A program made the position numbers and the translations under genes. Below the pieces are notes generated by a model that saw only the letters and a list, made by a program, of their open reading frames with translations, did no database searches and was not told the DNA's origin. This document shows, one piece after another, positions 1 to 8,735 of a DNA stretch of 64,000 nt; position 1 is the stretch's first letter, and each line of letters begins with the position of its first letter. Source of the stretch: Bacteroidales bacterium (GTDB lineage: Bacteria > Bacteroidota > Bacteroidia > Bacteroidales > P3); contig JAFVAM010000003.1 in the NCBI GenBank assembly GCA_017480525.1, forward strand, positions 3,483-67,482. Reading direction: 5' to 3'.

Positions 1-437
1 TCAGCCGCCTGCACCACGTGGACGATGCCACCGCCGCCGAGCGCAAGGAGCGCATGTTCAAACGCTTCGGCATCGACCGGTTTGCCGAGGTGAAGGTAGC
101 CAACCTTTCGACGGGCATGAAGCAGAAGCTCTCGCTGGTCATCTCGCTGGTGCACGACCCGGAAATCGTCATCTTCGACGAACCGACCAACGGCCTCGAC
201 GTGCTGACGGCGCGAACGGTGACCGACTACCTGCAGGAACTCCGCGCCGAGGGAAAGACCATCATCCTCTCGACCCACATCTTCTCGCTCGTGGAGCGTC
301 TGTGCGACCGTGTGGGCGTGGTCATCGACGGTCGCATGGTGGCCTGCGGGACGCTGGCCGAGGTGTGCGACGGCATGACCATGGAAGACCGTTTCTTCGA
401 GATATACAAGGAGGTGAAAGGGAGTGACGCGGAGTGA
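1..437 (+). CDS. ABC transporter ATP-binding protein, C-terminal part (the gene starts upstream of the window)
   Basis: The frame is open from base 3 (SRLHHVDD...). It contains an ABC signature-like LSTGMKQK, Walker B IVIFDEPT and H-loop ILSTH. An ABC-2 permease gene follows 29 nt downstream. Confidence 0.85.
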   Translation, partial: SRLHHVDDATAAERKERMFKRFGIDRFAEVKVANLSTGMKQKLSLVISLVHDPEIVIFDEPTNGLDVLTARTVTDYLQELRAEGKTIILSTHIFSLVERLCDRVGVVIDGRMVACGTLAEVCDGMTMEDRFFEIYKEVKGSDAE

Positions 438-465
438 AAGGACTTTACTTAATTTGTAGGCAAAT

Positions 466-1641
466 ATGAAAACGAATACTGTAACGATAATCAAGAAGGA
501 GTTTGCGCGATTCTTCGGCGACCGGCAAATGCTGTTCACCACGGTGATTATGCCCGGTCTGCTGATATACATCATCTACAGCCTCATGGGCAGTGGAATA
601 CAGAAGATGGCCACCGAGGGGCAGGACGAGGTGGTGGTGGTGAAGGTGGAGAACCTGCCGGAGAGCCTCGCGCCGACGCTGTGCGCGCTCGACAGCGGCA
701 TCGTGGTGGTGGAGCAGGCCTTCGGCGAGGAGGAGGTGGCGCAGTTGGAGGACAATGACGTCAACGCCGTGCTGCTGCGGTTCCCGGCAGACTTCGACGG
801 CCTGGCAACCACCTACGACCCGCAGAGCGGCTCCGCAGTGCCCAACGTGGAGATGTATTACAACAGCACCAACAACGCGGCCATGCGTGTCTACATGGCG
901 GTGAGTTCCATGCTCAACAACTACGGACGGCCCTTCACGGTCAACGTTCCGCAGAGCGAAGGGGAATGCTACGACCAGGCCAGCGACGAGAGCATCGGGG
1001 CCATGGTGTGGGGCAAGCTACTGCCCATGCTCATCATCATGATGCTCTTCAGCGGTGTGATGTCCATAGCGCCGAGCAGCATTGCCGGCGAGAAGGAGCG
1101 CGGCACCATAGCCACACTGCTGGTGACGCCCATGCGCCGCGACGAGCTGGCCTTGGGCAAGATTGTCTCGCTCAGCGGCATAGCCCTGCTCAGCGGCGTG
1201 AGCAGTTTCATCGGCATAGCCCTGTCGCTGCCCAGGATGGTGCCCGACAGCGGCACCCTGGCGTTCCACTATGGCACGAGCGACTACGTGGTGCTTCTGC
1301 TGGTAATCTTCGCCACGGTACTCATCATGGCCTCGGCGGTGAGCCTGCTGTCGGCACTGGCCAAGGACGTGAAGAATGCCGGCACCATGGTGACGCCCTT
1401 CATGCTGGTGGTGATGCTGGCGGGACTGATGCCGATGTTCCAGAACGATCTGCCCACCGGCATCGGCACCTACCTGATACCGTTCTACAACTCGATAGAG
1501 GTGATGACAGCGGTCTTCAGCCACGAGATGCAATGGATGCCGGTGGCGGTGACGGTGGCAAGCAACGTGGTCTACACAGGCGTTGCCGTGTGGGGACTGA
1601 CCCGGATGTTCAACAGCGAGAAAATCATGTTCTCCCGATGA
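466..1641 (+). CDS. ABC-2 type transporter permease (NatB-like architecture)
   Basis: 391-aa ORF starting at an ATG. It has one N-terminal hydrophobic helix, a long soluble loop and a C-terminal cluster of hydrophobic helices. It lies directly downstream of the ATPase gene. Confidence 0.75.
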   Translation: MKTNTVTIIKKEFARFFGDRQMLFTTVIMPGLLIYIIYSLMGSGIQKMATEGQDEVVVVKVENLPESLAPTLCALDSGIVVVEQAFGEEEVAQLEDNDVNAVLLRFPADFDGLATTYDPQSGSAVPNVEMYYNSTNNAAMRVYMAVSSMLNNYGRPFTVNVPQSEGECYDQASDESIGAMVWGKLLPMLIIMMLFSGVMSIAPSSIAGEKERGTIATLLVTPMRRDELALGKIVSLSGIALLSGVSSFIGIALSLPRMVPDSGTLAFHYGTSDYVVLLLVIFATVLIMASAVSLLSALAKDVKNAGTMVTPFMLVVMLAGLMPMFQNDLPTGIGTYLIPFYNSIEVMTAVFSHEMQWMPVAVTVASNVVYTGVAVWGLTRMFNSEKIMFSR

Positions 1642-2993
1642 AAAAAACAGTGTTGGCCGCCATTGCCGTAGCCATCTGCCCGCTGTGCCACGCCCAGTGG
1701 TGGCAGGCCTACAGCGAGAAGACTGGACTTGTGCTGAGCCTGCACATGGCCGACAGCGCGGCGGAGATATACAGCCCGCTGCAGACTGCCGACCCGCTGT
1801 CGGTGAGCCAATGGCATCTCGGCGGCGACACGCTGACAATCAACTGCAAAAACATCGGATTCAAAACGGTGCTGCACCGCCGCGAAGAAGGCTGGAACGG
1901 CTACTGGAAGCAAGGAATGGTGAGGGAAACCATCGTCTTCGGGCCTGCCGACACCCTGTTCCAGCCACGTCGCCCACAGACGCCCCAACCTCCCTACTCC
2001 TTCGTGGAAGAAACAATAGCGACCGACTACGTGGACTCGCACGGCGACAGCATCCACCTCGAAGGTACACTGACCTTGCCGCAGGGCCACGACCCGTCGC
2101 GACACACCAGATACCCCTGCCTGATGCTCGTCAGCGGCAGCGGGCAGCAGAACCGCGACGAAGAGCTGTTTGCCCACCGTCCCTTCCTCGTGCTGGCCGA
2201 CTACCTGGCGCACTACGGCATCGCCACCTTCCGCTACGACGACCGTGGCGCAGGTGCCAGCACCGGCCCTCTCGACTCCGCCACCACCCTCCTCTTCGCC
2301 GAGGATGCCGAAGCCCTGTTCAACGTCCTGACGTTCCACCCGCACATCGACCGCAACCTCCTCGGCATCGGCGGCCACAGCGAGGGCGGCGCCATAGCCC
2401 CCATGATTGCGGCCCGGAACAAGAATGTGAAATTCGTCGTCATGCTGGCCGGACAGGGCTGCACCGGCCTCGAAGTGATGGTGCAGCAGAACGAAGCGCT
2501 TTTCCGCTCTCGCGGAGTGAGCGCGCGCCTCTGCAAGGTGCGCGGAGCCTGCATGCACGAGTTGCTCTCCCTGCCGGCAGGCGCCACTGTCAAAGACTAC
2601 CAGGCCGTCATTGCCCGCCACACAGAAGGGCTGGCCAAAACAGAGGCAGACAGCATCGGACTGGCCAAAGGCATGGCCTACACCCTGAAGCAGCAGATCG
2701 CCCTACCCTGGATGCAGACGTTCCTCCACCTCGACCCTGCCCGCTACCTGCCAAAAGTCAAAGTCCCCGTGCTGGCCCTCGGCGGCAGCAGGGACTGCCA
2801 GGTGGTATCGACACCCAACCTACAGCGCATCAAGGAACTGTCCCCAAAGGCCGAAGTCTGTGAACTGTCGGGACTGAACCACCTCTTCCAGCATTGCCAA
2901 ACGGGAACACCGTCCGAATACATCTTCATCGAGGAGACCTTTGCCGAAGAAGCCATGAAGCTGATAAAAGACTACATACTGGGTCTCCGATGA
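1638..2993 (+). CDS. secreted alpha/beta hydrolase
   Basis: The ATG at 1638 overlaps the permease stop (ATGA). Signal peptide MKKTVLAAIAVAICPLCHAQ and nucleophile elbow GGHSEGG. The upstream 224 codons of track ORF 966..2993 overlap the permease gene in another frame and look like GC-driven noise. Confidence 0.75.
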   Translation: MKKTVLAAIAVAICPLCHAQWWQAYSEKTGLVLSLHMADSAAEIYSPLQTADPLSVSQWHLGGDTLTINCKNIGFKTVLHRREEGWNGYWKQGMVRETIVFGPADTLFQPRRPQTPQPPYSFVEETIATDYVDSHGDSIHLEGTLTLPQGHDPSRHTRYPCLMLVSGSGQQNRDEELFAHRPFLVLADYLAHYGIATFRYDDRGAGASTGPLDSATTLLFAEDAEALFNVLTFHPHIDRNLLGIGGHSEGGAIAPMIAARNKNVKFVVMLAGQGCTGLEVMVQQNEALFRSRGVSARLCKVRGACMHELLSLPAGATVKDYQAVIARHTEGLAKTEADSIGLAKGMAYTLKQQIALPWMQTFLHLDPARYLPKVKVPVLALGGSRDCQVVSTPNLQRIKELSPKAEVCELSGLNHLFQHCQTGTPSEYIFIEETFAEEAMKLIKDYILGLR

Positions 2994-3021
2994 TTTCAGG
3001 CGACACCGTCATCGACACACG

Positions 3022-3795
3022 TTAGTTGTCTTCGACGGCGCCTTTGATTTGCACATTGGTGACGCCCTCGTCGATGATGGGCTGCACAAGCGCCTTCATC
3101 TCGGCAGGGCTGAACTTCTCAAGGCCCTGCATGGGGGTGGCGCGGTCGATGGTGTAGACCATCCACTCGCGAGGCTTCAGCAGGCGCACAATGTCCATCA
3201 AAGGGAGAATCACCTCGGCGGCGGCGGAGTCGAAACCGTTGCCGCGGAGCATACAGGTCTGGAGAACGAAGTCGCCGCCGAACTGCTTGAGGGCCTCAAC
3301 GACGCGGGCTATGTCGTAGCCTGGGGCGGGCATGTTGATTTTGGCGATGAGTTCGTTGGAGGGAGCATCTATCTTCATGATGGGATTTTCGACACGCCTC
3401 AATGCGGCGAAGACCTGCGGCAGGTGGGCGCGGGTGGCGTTGCTCAACACACTGACCTTGGCCGAAGGATAGAACTCGTCGCGCAAACAGAGGGTGTCGT
3501 CGATAATCCGGGGGAATTCGGGGTTCAACGTCGGCTCACCGTCGCCGCTGAAGGTGATGCTGTCCACCGGGGTGCCTTCGGCAACGAGCTTGCGTAGCAT
3601 ACGCTCCAAGTCGGTGCGAACCTTCTCGGCGGTGGGCAGGAGGGTATCGTTGCGACCATCGCGGTTCCAGCCGCATTCGCAGTAGATGCAGTCGAAATTG
3701 CATATCTTGCCCTTCTCGGGCAGAAGGTTGATGCCCAGCGAGCTGCCGAGGCGGCGGCTGAAAATGGGGCCGAAAACAGTTTCTTCGCGTATCAT
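3022..3795 (-). CDS. radical SAM protein
   Basis: 257 aa with the CxxxCxxC motif CNFDCIYC near the N-terminus. Coherent composition. Confidence 0.8.
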   Translation of the reverse strand: MIREETVFGPIFSRRLGSSLGINLLPEKGKICNFDCIYCECGWNRDGRNDTLLPTAEKVRTDLERMLRKLVAEGTPVDSITFSGDGEPTLNPEFPRIIDDTLCLRDEFYPSAKVSVLSNATRAHLPQVFAALRRVENPIMKIDAPSNELIAKINMPAPGYDIARVVEALKQFGGDFVLQTCMLRGNGFDSAAAEVILPLMDIVRLLKPREWMVYTIDRATPMQGLEKFSPAEMKALVQPIIDEGVTNVQIKGAVEDN

Positions 3796-3904
3796 GGGTA
3801 CAATATTTTTTAGGATATAACGTTACCTACCAACAAAAAGTATACAGAATGATGAATAAAAAAAGACGTGACTGGAAACAAAAAACCACCCTTGTGGGGT
3901 GGGC

Positions 3905-3982
3905 TGGTGGTCTGTGGGAGATTCGAACTCTCGACCTCTTCCGTGTGAAGGAAGCGCTCTGAACCAACTGAGCTAATAGACC
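3905..3982 (-). tRNA. tRNA-Val (anticodon CAC), CCA encoded
   Basis: Hand-folded cloverleaf: GGTCTAT-TA-GCTC-AGTTGGTTCA-GAGC-G-CTTCC-TTCACAC-GGAAG-AGGTC-GAGAG-TTCGAAT-CTCCC-ACAGACC-A-CCA. D and T loops are canonical. There are two A.C mismatches (positions 6:67 and 50:64). Confidence 0.75.
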
Positions 3983-4005
3983 TCTTTTTCTCTCGAAATC
4001 GGGTG

Positions 4006-4013
4006 CAAAAGTA
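4006..4013 (-). promoter_or_regulatory. putative Bacteroidota -7 promoter box (TACTTTTG) for tRNA-Val(CAC)
   Basis: Matches TAnnTTTG on the minus strand, 24 nt upstream of the tRNA 5-prime end. It sits inside a block that is conserved upstream of the second tRNA-Val. Confidence 0.4.
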
Positions 4014-4049
4014 CGAAGAATTTCTGACCCGACAAAATTTTTCTTCAAA

Positions 4050-4796
4050 ATGCGCAACAAAAAAAAGACACCCATACAGCGACAATCACTCGGAATTATC
4101 TGTATACTAATCGTTTTGGCCGCACTTGCAGGGGTAAAACTTTTTTCTTCCCCACCCAGTGCCACACAGGGGAAAACGGCATCGGCAGACACCCTTTCAT
4201 GGGCAATTTTGGAGAAAAAAGAGGACTCTGTCTATCGCTCGCGCCGCATTTCAAGCCGCCCTCCCGCCACCTGGGGCGAGCGGAAGAAAAGCGTCAAAAC
4301 AGAGAACTTTCACTCCCTTTACACCACCCATGAGCCGACACCGACACGGAAGGCACTCGTTGTCGACCTCAACACCGCCGACACCACCACCCTCATGCTC
4401 CTCCACGGCATCGGTCCCGCCTTTGCCCGGCGCATCGTGCGCTACCGCGACCGCCTCGGCGGCTTCACCTCTGCCGACCAACTGCTGGAAGTCTACGGCT
4501 TCACGCCTCAACTGCTCGGCCACATAGCGCCGCACCTCCGCATAGGAGACACCTCCCTCGTCCGCATGGCCGTCAACAGTGTTGGCCTCAAGCAGTTCAT
4601 CCGACACCCCTACGTGGACTACTATTTCGCCCGCGACCTCGTCAACCTCCGCGCCAACGGCGTCACATTCGACTCGCCTGACGACCTCCGCGCCATTCCA
4701 TCCTGCTCCGACACAATGCTCCGTCGCCTCCTGCCCTACCTCGACTTCAGCCCTGCCGCCAACCCCCTTTCCCCGGGACACGACACACTGCAATAA
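4050..4796 (+). CDS. ComEA-like helix-hairpin-helix DNA-binding protein
   Basis: N-terminal membrane anchor (LGIICILIVLAALAGV). Two HhH-type segments (LNTADTTTLMLLHGIGPAFARRIVRYR; VNSVGLKQFIRHPYVDYYFARDLV). Confidence 0.7.
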   Translation: MRNKKKTPIQRQSLGIICILIVLAALAGVKLFSSPPSATQGKTASADTLSWAILEKKEDSVYRSRRISSRPPATWGERKKSVKTENFHSLYTTHEPTPTRKALVVDLNTADTTTLMLLHGIGPAFARRIVRYRDRLGGFTSADQLLEVYGFTPQLLGHIAPHLRIGDTSLVRMAVNSVGLKQFIRHPYVDYYFARDLVNLRANGVTFDSPDDLRAIPSCSDTMLRRLLPYLDFSPAANPLSPGHDTLQ

Positions 4797-4870
4797 ATCG
4801 AAATTTTCCCGTGGCACAATATTTTTCCACTTCGCACGTTCTGCGATATGACAGAAAAAACCAGTTCACT

Positions 4871-5428
4871 ATGTTGACATCGAAACCCTCGTGGGTCGCC
4901 GTGATGACCTACCCCAATGCAGAGACCCTCGTTGCGGAACACTTCCGCGACAACATCCCCGCCATAGAATACTACCTGCCCATGATTGCCGGAAAGGACA
5001 AGCGCTTCAAGAAGAACCCGCTGCAAGAAAAGCCCATGTTCCCATGCTATATCTTCGCCAGAATCAACAACAGACAGATCTACCAAACCCGGACGACCTG
5101 CGGCGTCGTCTACATCGTTTCGAGTGCCCACAGCATCATCGAGGTGCCAGAGCGCGACATCGAGGCCGTGCGCCGCTTCGAAGCCTCGCAGCGCAAGTTC
5201 CACATCCATGAGAGTTCCCTGCTGACCAAGGGTGCCGAGGCCATCGTCACAGAGGGCGAGTTTGCCGGCATGAGGGGGCGGTTGGTGAAAGGCTGCAAAG
5301 ATGGCAATTTCTGTGTGAGCATCAACGTGATGAACATGTCGTTCGTCGTGAAGCTCCGGCGCAACGAGCTTCGTCCGGCAAAAGCCGTCGACACAACGAC
5401 AGACATCGCCGACATCTATTATAAATAG
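4871..5428 (+). CDS. UpxY-family (NusG-like) transcription antiterminator
   Basis: NGN-like N-terminus (WVAVMTYPNAE...EYYLPM...PMFPCYIFAR) and a KOW-like segment (GAEAIVTEGEFAGMRGRLVK). The start is placed at MLTSKPSW; track ORF 4811 gives an alternative start. Confidence 0.7.
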   Translation: MLTSKPSWVAVMTYPNAETLVAEHFRDNIPAIEYYLPMIAGKDKRFKKNPLQEKPMFPCYIFARINNRQIYQTRTTCGVVYIVSSAHSIIEVPERDIEAVRRFEASQRKFHIHESSLLTKGAEAIVTEGEFAGMRGRLVKGCKDGNFCVSINVMNMSFVVKLRRNELRPAKAVDTTTDIADIYYK

Positions 5429-5601
5429 TCCACACCCAAACAAGGCGGCACGCATCCGTGCGTTGTCGTTCTCCTCGCCGACAGCGTCACACAGGGGCTG
5501 CGACCGCCGCAACCCTGTCGGGCACGCCCCCCTAAAAAAATGTATTCCCCCTGTGGTTTGACAAAGAAAAAACCTCGCGACGCGGGTGTCGCAAGGCTGT
5601 G

Positions 5602-5676
5602 TGATCTGCACAAGATTTGAACTTGTGACCTCTTGCCTGTCAAGCAAGCGCTCTAAACCAACTGAGCTAGCAGATC
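5602..5676 (-). tRNA. tRNA-Val (anticodon GAC)
   Basis: Perfect cloverleaf: GATCTGC-TA-GCTC-AGTTGGTTTA-GAGC-G-CTTGC-TTGACAG-GCAAG-AGGTC-ACAAG-TTCAAAT-CTTGT-GCAGATC-A. CCA is not encoded. Confidence 0.9.
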
Positions 5677-5716
5677 ATTCTTTTTCTGATTGCAATTTCT
5701 CTCTCGAAATCGAGTG

Positions 5717-5724
5717 CAAAAATA
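5717..5724 (-). promoter_or_regulatory. putative -7 promoter box (TATTTTTG) for tRNA-Val(GAC)
   Basis: TAnnTTTG match on the minus strand. It lies in the same conserved block (TCTCTCGAAATCGrGTGCAAAArTACGAA) seen next to the other tRNA-Val. Confidence 0.4.
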
Positions 5725-5767
5725 CGAACATTTTTGAAACTGACCAAATATTTTTGAAAAAAAATTG

Positions 5768-5775
5768 TATCTTTG
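5768..5775 (+). promoter_or_regulatory. putative -7 promoter box (TATCTTTG)
   Basis: TAnnTTTG match 22 nt upstream of the ATG at 5798. Confidence 0.4.
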
Positions 5776-5797
5776 CATCTCAACAGACAATGAGAAT

Positions 5798-6262
5798 ATG
5801 GCAAAGAAACTTTTAATCACACTGATTACCATGCTATTGGGAGTCTCTTCCACAATAGCACAAAGTCCCCTCAACAATGCCGCCGACAACATCGTCGGGA
5901 CCTATTCCGGCTTGCAAAACGGAGACAAATTCCGGGCAAAAATCGTAAAATTGACCAACGGGACCTATCGCGGACAGATTGTCTGGGTGGAACACGACAA
6001 GGATGCCCGAGGCAACAAAATCCTCGATGCGAAGAACCCCGACAAAAAGCTCCGCCAGACGCCTTGCGACCAGATAGTCCTCTTCTCCGGGCTGAAATAC
6101 GACGCCAAGGAACGCGAGTGGAACGGAGCCAAAATCTACGATCCCCAGCGCGGCCTGCGCGCCAAGCTGACCGTGCGTTTTGAAAAGGACGGCCGTCTGC
6201 GACTCAAAGGCTCGCTCTTCGGCATCAGCGAGAATATCTACTGGACCAAAGAAAACAATTGA
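5798..6262 (+). CDS. DUF2147 domain-containing secreted protein
   Basis: Signal peptide MAKKLLITLITMLLGVSSTIAQ. The pattern GTY...KI...G...G.I.W...P...D.KNP....R...G..I....KY......W.GG.IYDP..G resembles DUF2147 (from memory). Confidence 0.7.
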   Translation: MAKKLLITLITMLLGVSSTIAQSPLNNAADNIVGTYSGLQNGDKFRAKIVKLTNGTYRGQIVWVEHDKDARGNKILDAKNPDKKLRQTPCDQIVLFSGLKYDAKEREWNGAKIYDPQRGLRAKLTVRFEKDGRLRLKGSLFGISENIYWTKENN

Positions 6263-6268
6263 ATAGCC

Positions 6269-6904
6269 ATGGCTGACAACTATTTAGAGAAACGCTACGA
6301 GGAGACCCTCGGAGCCAACAAACCCAAAGTGAAACGCATCGGCCACACCGTCGACGAGCTACTGCTGAAAAACCGCAGCACACGAGGCTACAAGAAAGCC
6401 TATGTGGTGAGCCGTCACGAACTGGAACGCATCGCTGGTGTATGCACCCGCATCCCTTCGGCCCGCAACCAGCAGGTGCTGCGATTCCGTCTGGTGACGA
6501 AAGAAAGCGGTGCCGACCTCGTGCTGTCCCTCGTCAAAATGGGTGCCGCGCTGCCTGAGTTGCACCTGCCCTTTCCCGGTACAGAACCCGAGGCCTTCAT
6601 CATCGTATGCTCCACGGTGGCGGAGAACCCCATGGTCGACATCGACCTTGGCATCGCCGCCCAAAGCATGCTGCTCAAAGCGGTGGAAATGGGCCTCAAC
6701 GGACTGATAGTCGAAGCCTTCAACCGCGACAGACTGCGCGAGGCACTGTCGCTCCCCTACCCTCCCCTGATGGTCATCGCCATTGGCAAAAGTGCCGAAA
6801 CCATCGCGTTGACACCCATCGACCAAGGCGAAAGCCAAGCCTACTATCGGCGCGACGGCATCCACTATGTGCCGAAGGTGCGGTTTGAGCAGCTGACAAT
6901 ATGA
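6269..6904 (+). CDS. nitroreductase family protein
   Basis: 211 aa. The N-terminus MADNYLEKRYEE and the RSTRGY / PSARNQQ motifs are typical of Bacteroidales nitroreductase-fold proteins. Confidence 0.8.
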   Translation: MADNYLEKRYEETLGANKPKVKRIGHTVDELLLKNRSTRGYKKAYVVSRHELERIAGVCTRIPSARNQQVLRFRLVTKESGADLVLSLVKMGAALPELHLPFPGTEPEAFIIVCSTVAENPMVDIDLGIAAQSMLLKAVEMGLNGLIVEAFNRDRLREALSLPYPPLMVIAIGKSAETIALTPIDQGESQAYYRRDGIHYVPKVRFEQLTI

Positions 6905-6911
6905 CGCTGCC

Positions 6912-8372
6912 ATGATGCGACGGATGCCTCTCGTGCCCATGGCCGTGGCCATGATGGTAGGCATAGCCGCAGGACACCTGGTGCCAACGCTACCCTCCTG
7001 GCTGTGGATCGCCGCGCTGGTTGTCCCATTGCTTGCCGCCGCCGTGCTGCTGTACATGGGCAAAGAGACCCCTGCCTCGCTCTATTCCGCCTTGCTCATG
7101 GCCTCGTTCCTCTCGCTGGGAGGCCTCCTTTGCCAATCCGTAGACCCTCTCCACGATGCCGGCCACTGGACACGGCTTGCCGAAACCGACAGCGGCCCGT
7201 CTCGACCACACCACCTCGCCGTGAGGCTGAAGGAGACACCCTCGCCCCGCCAGCGCAGTTGGCGCACCGCCGTGGAGGTCGTGAGTTTCGACCAACAGAC
7301 ATGCCGGGGCGAAACCCTTCTTTTTCTCCGCAACGACAACTCCGTCAGACAACTGCGCATAGGCGACGAACTCCTGCTGCACATCTACGTCGACTCCTCG
7401 CGCCATACGCTCTACGCCACTGGAGACCACTACATCGTCAGCCATCGCGACAGTGTGTCACTCCGTGCGCGGAGCGAAGCGATGCGGATGCGTCTGCTGC
7501 GGCGGATGCAGAACGGCCCCATGCAGCCGCGCTACAGGGGTGTTGCCGAAGCGCTGACCCTCGGCTGGCGCGGCGACCTGGAAACCACAATGCAGGCCCA
7601 GTTCCGCGATGCTGGCATCATGCACCTGCTTTGTGTGAGCGGACTGCATGTGGGGGTTCTGGCGGCATTGGTGGGCGGACTGCTTGTGTGGCTGGGCAAC
7701 GAGCGACGCGGGCGCATCGTCAGGGGGAGTGTGCAGCTGCTGGTGCTGTGGGGATTCGCGTTGCTGACAGGCCTGGCACCCGCCACGGTCCGCGCCGCAC
7801 TGATGTTCAGCCTCCTCGTCGTCAGCCGCATGATGGGCCGCCGCACTGACTCGCTCAACATCCTCGCGGCCGCCGCCATCGCCATGCTGACCGCCAAACC
7901 CATACTGCTCTTCGACGTCGGATGGCAGCTCTCGTTCAGCGCCGTAGCGGGCATCCTGACAACCCGTCCAGCCATCGCCCTCTTCCGCAGCAAACTGTGG
8001 AAAGCCGCCATCGTCAGCCTTGCCGCCACAGTGGCGACACTGCCCATAACGCTGGCCACCTTCCACCAAATCCAACCCTACTTCCTGATTGCCAACATCC
8101 TCATCGTCCCCCTGGCCGCAGTGCTGCTCTTCACTTCGCTGCTCTATATGGCCCTGCCGTGCCCAATCACAGCCTGGCCGCCCAACCAGCTGTTCCGCTG
8201 CTGCGACGCACTCACCTCCGGCATTTCCCACCTTCCCCACGCCACCATCAGCGGTCTGCATCCCGTTCCCTGGGTCATCGCCCTGACGACTTTGGCCACA
8301 ATTTTTATTTTGGTTTCAATAAACACGACACTCTCTCGCCATCGGTACACAAAGAGCGGCACTCCGTGCTGA
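6912..8372 (+). CDS. comEC: ComEC/Rec2 family competence protein (no C-terminal beta-lactamase-fold domain)
   Basis: Polytopic membrane protein with the ComEC core motif GIMHLLCVSGLHVGVLA. 486 aa. Confidence 0.8.
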   Translation: MMRRMPLVPMAVAMMVGIAAGHLVPTLPSWLWIAALVVPLLAAAVLLYMGKETPASLYSALLMASFLSLGGLLCQSVDPLHDAGHWTRLAETDSGPSRPHHLAVRLKETPSPRQRSWRTAVEVVSFDQQTCRGETLLFLRNDNSVRQLRIGDELLLHIYVDSSRHTLYATGDHYIVSHRDSVSLRARSEAMRMRLLRRMQNGPMQPRYRGVAEALTLGWRGDLETTMQAQFRDAGIMHLLCVSGLHVGVLAALVGGLLVWLGNERRGRIVRGSVQLLVLWGFALLTGLAPATVRAALMFSLLVVSRMMGRRTDSLNILAAAAIAMLTAKPILLFDVGWQLSFSAVAGILTTRPAIALFRSKLWKAAIVSLAATVATLPITLATFHQIQPYFLIANILIVPLAAVLLFTSLLYMALPCPITAWPPNQLFRCCDALTSGISHLPHATISGLHPVPWVIALTTLATIFILVSINTTLSRHRYTKSGTPC

Positions 8373-8626
8373 ACGTTGCCGCCACGCTCCACTGGCAGGG
8401 CCGTCAGGTGTCGGCACACGTGCCTGCAATGCGGAACCCAGGCACACCACTCCTGTCTCCGCAGCCATCGCAAAAAAAAACGAAAACGCCGCTCCATTGG
8501 CTCCGCCATGCCCCGGAAACAATTTTTCGGCACAAAAAATGTAACATAATCACCACACCACACCGCCACACTCACCGCAACGGCATCGTTTTCAGCCGTA
8601 TAATCCTCCTATCAACGCCAAACCAA

Positions 8627-8700
8627 CACCCTATCAACTCCTACTGTGGTAGGAGTTGGGTAGGAGTTGGTAAGGAGTTGGTAAGGCTGTGGTAGGGAGA
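8627..8700. repeat. intergenic CCTAC/GTAGG repeat element, copy A
   Basis: Perfect 10-bp inverted repeat CAACTCCTAC-TGTG-GTAGGAGTTG (8635-8658), followed by 11-bp tandem units GTAGGAGTTGG, GTAGGAGTTGG, TAAGGAGTTGG, TAAGGCTGTGG. It shares its core with the copies at 20991 and 58721. Confidence 0.8.
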
Positions 8701-8735
8701 GTGTACCTTTTTGGTGACACCTCTCCGGCGCGATG

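Noticed and set aside
966-1637. N-terminal 224 codons of track ORF 966..2993, which would give a 675-aa hydrolase.
   Set aside because: This stretch overlaps the permease gene in a different frame and translates to Arg/His/Gly-rich sequence. A proper ATG with a signal peptide occurs at 1638, overlapping the permease stop.
3810-4192. Small minus-strand ORFs (3810..4085 and 3827..4192) near 3.9 kb. A similar ORF (5419..5643) lies near the second tRNA.
   Set aside because: They run straight through the tRNA-Val genes and their promoters. These are tRNA-derived open frames, not genes.
8649-8700. Tandem 11-bp repeats, considered as a possible CRISPR array or minisatellite-encoded peptide.
   Set aside because: The units are only 11 bp, directly abutting, with no spacers and no cas genes nearby. 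The overlapping ORFs (8612..8950 on the minus strand, 7922..8695 on the plus strand) are low-complexity artefacts. The repeats are reported instead as a non-coding repeat family.
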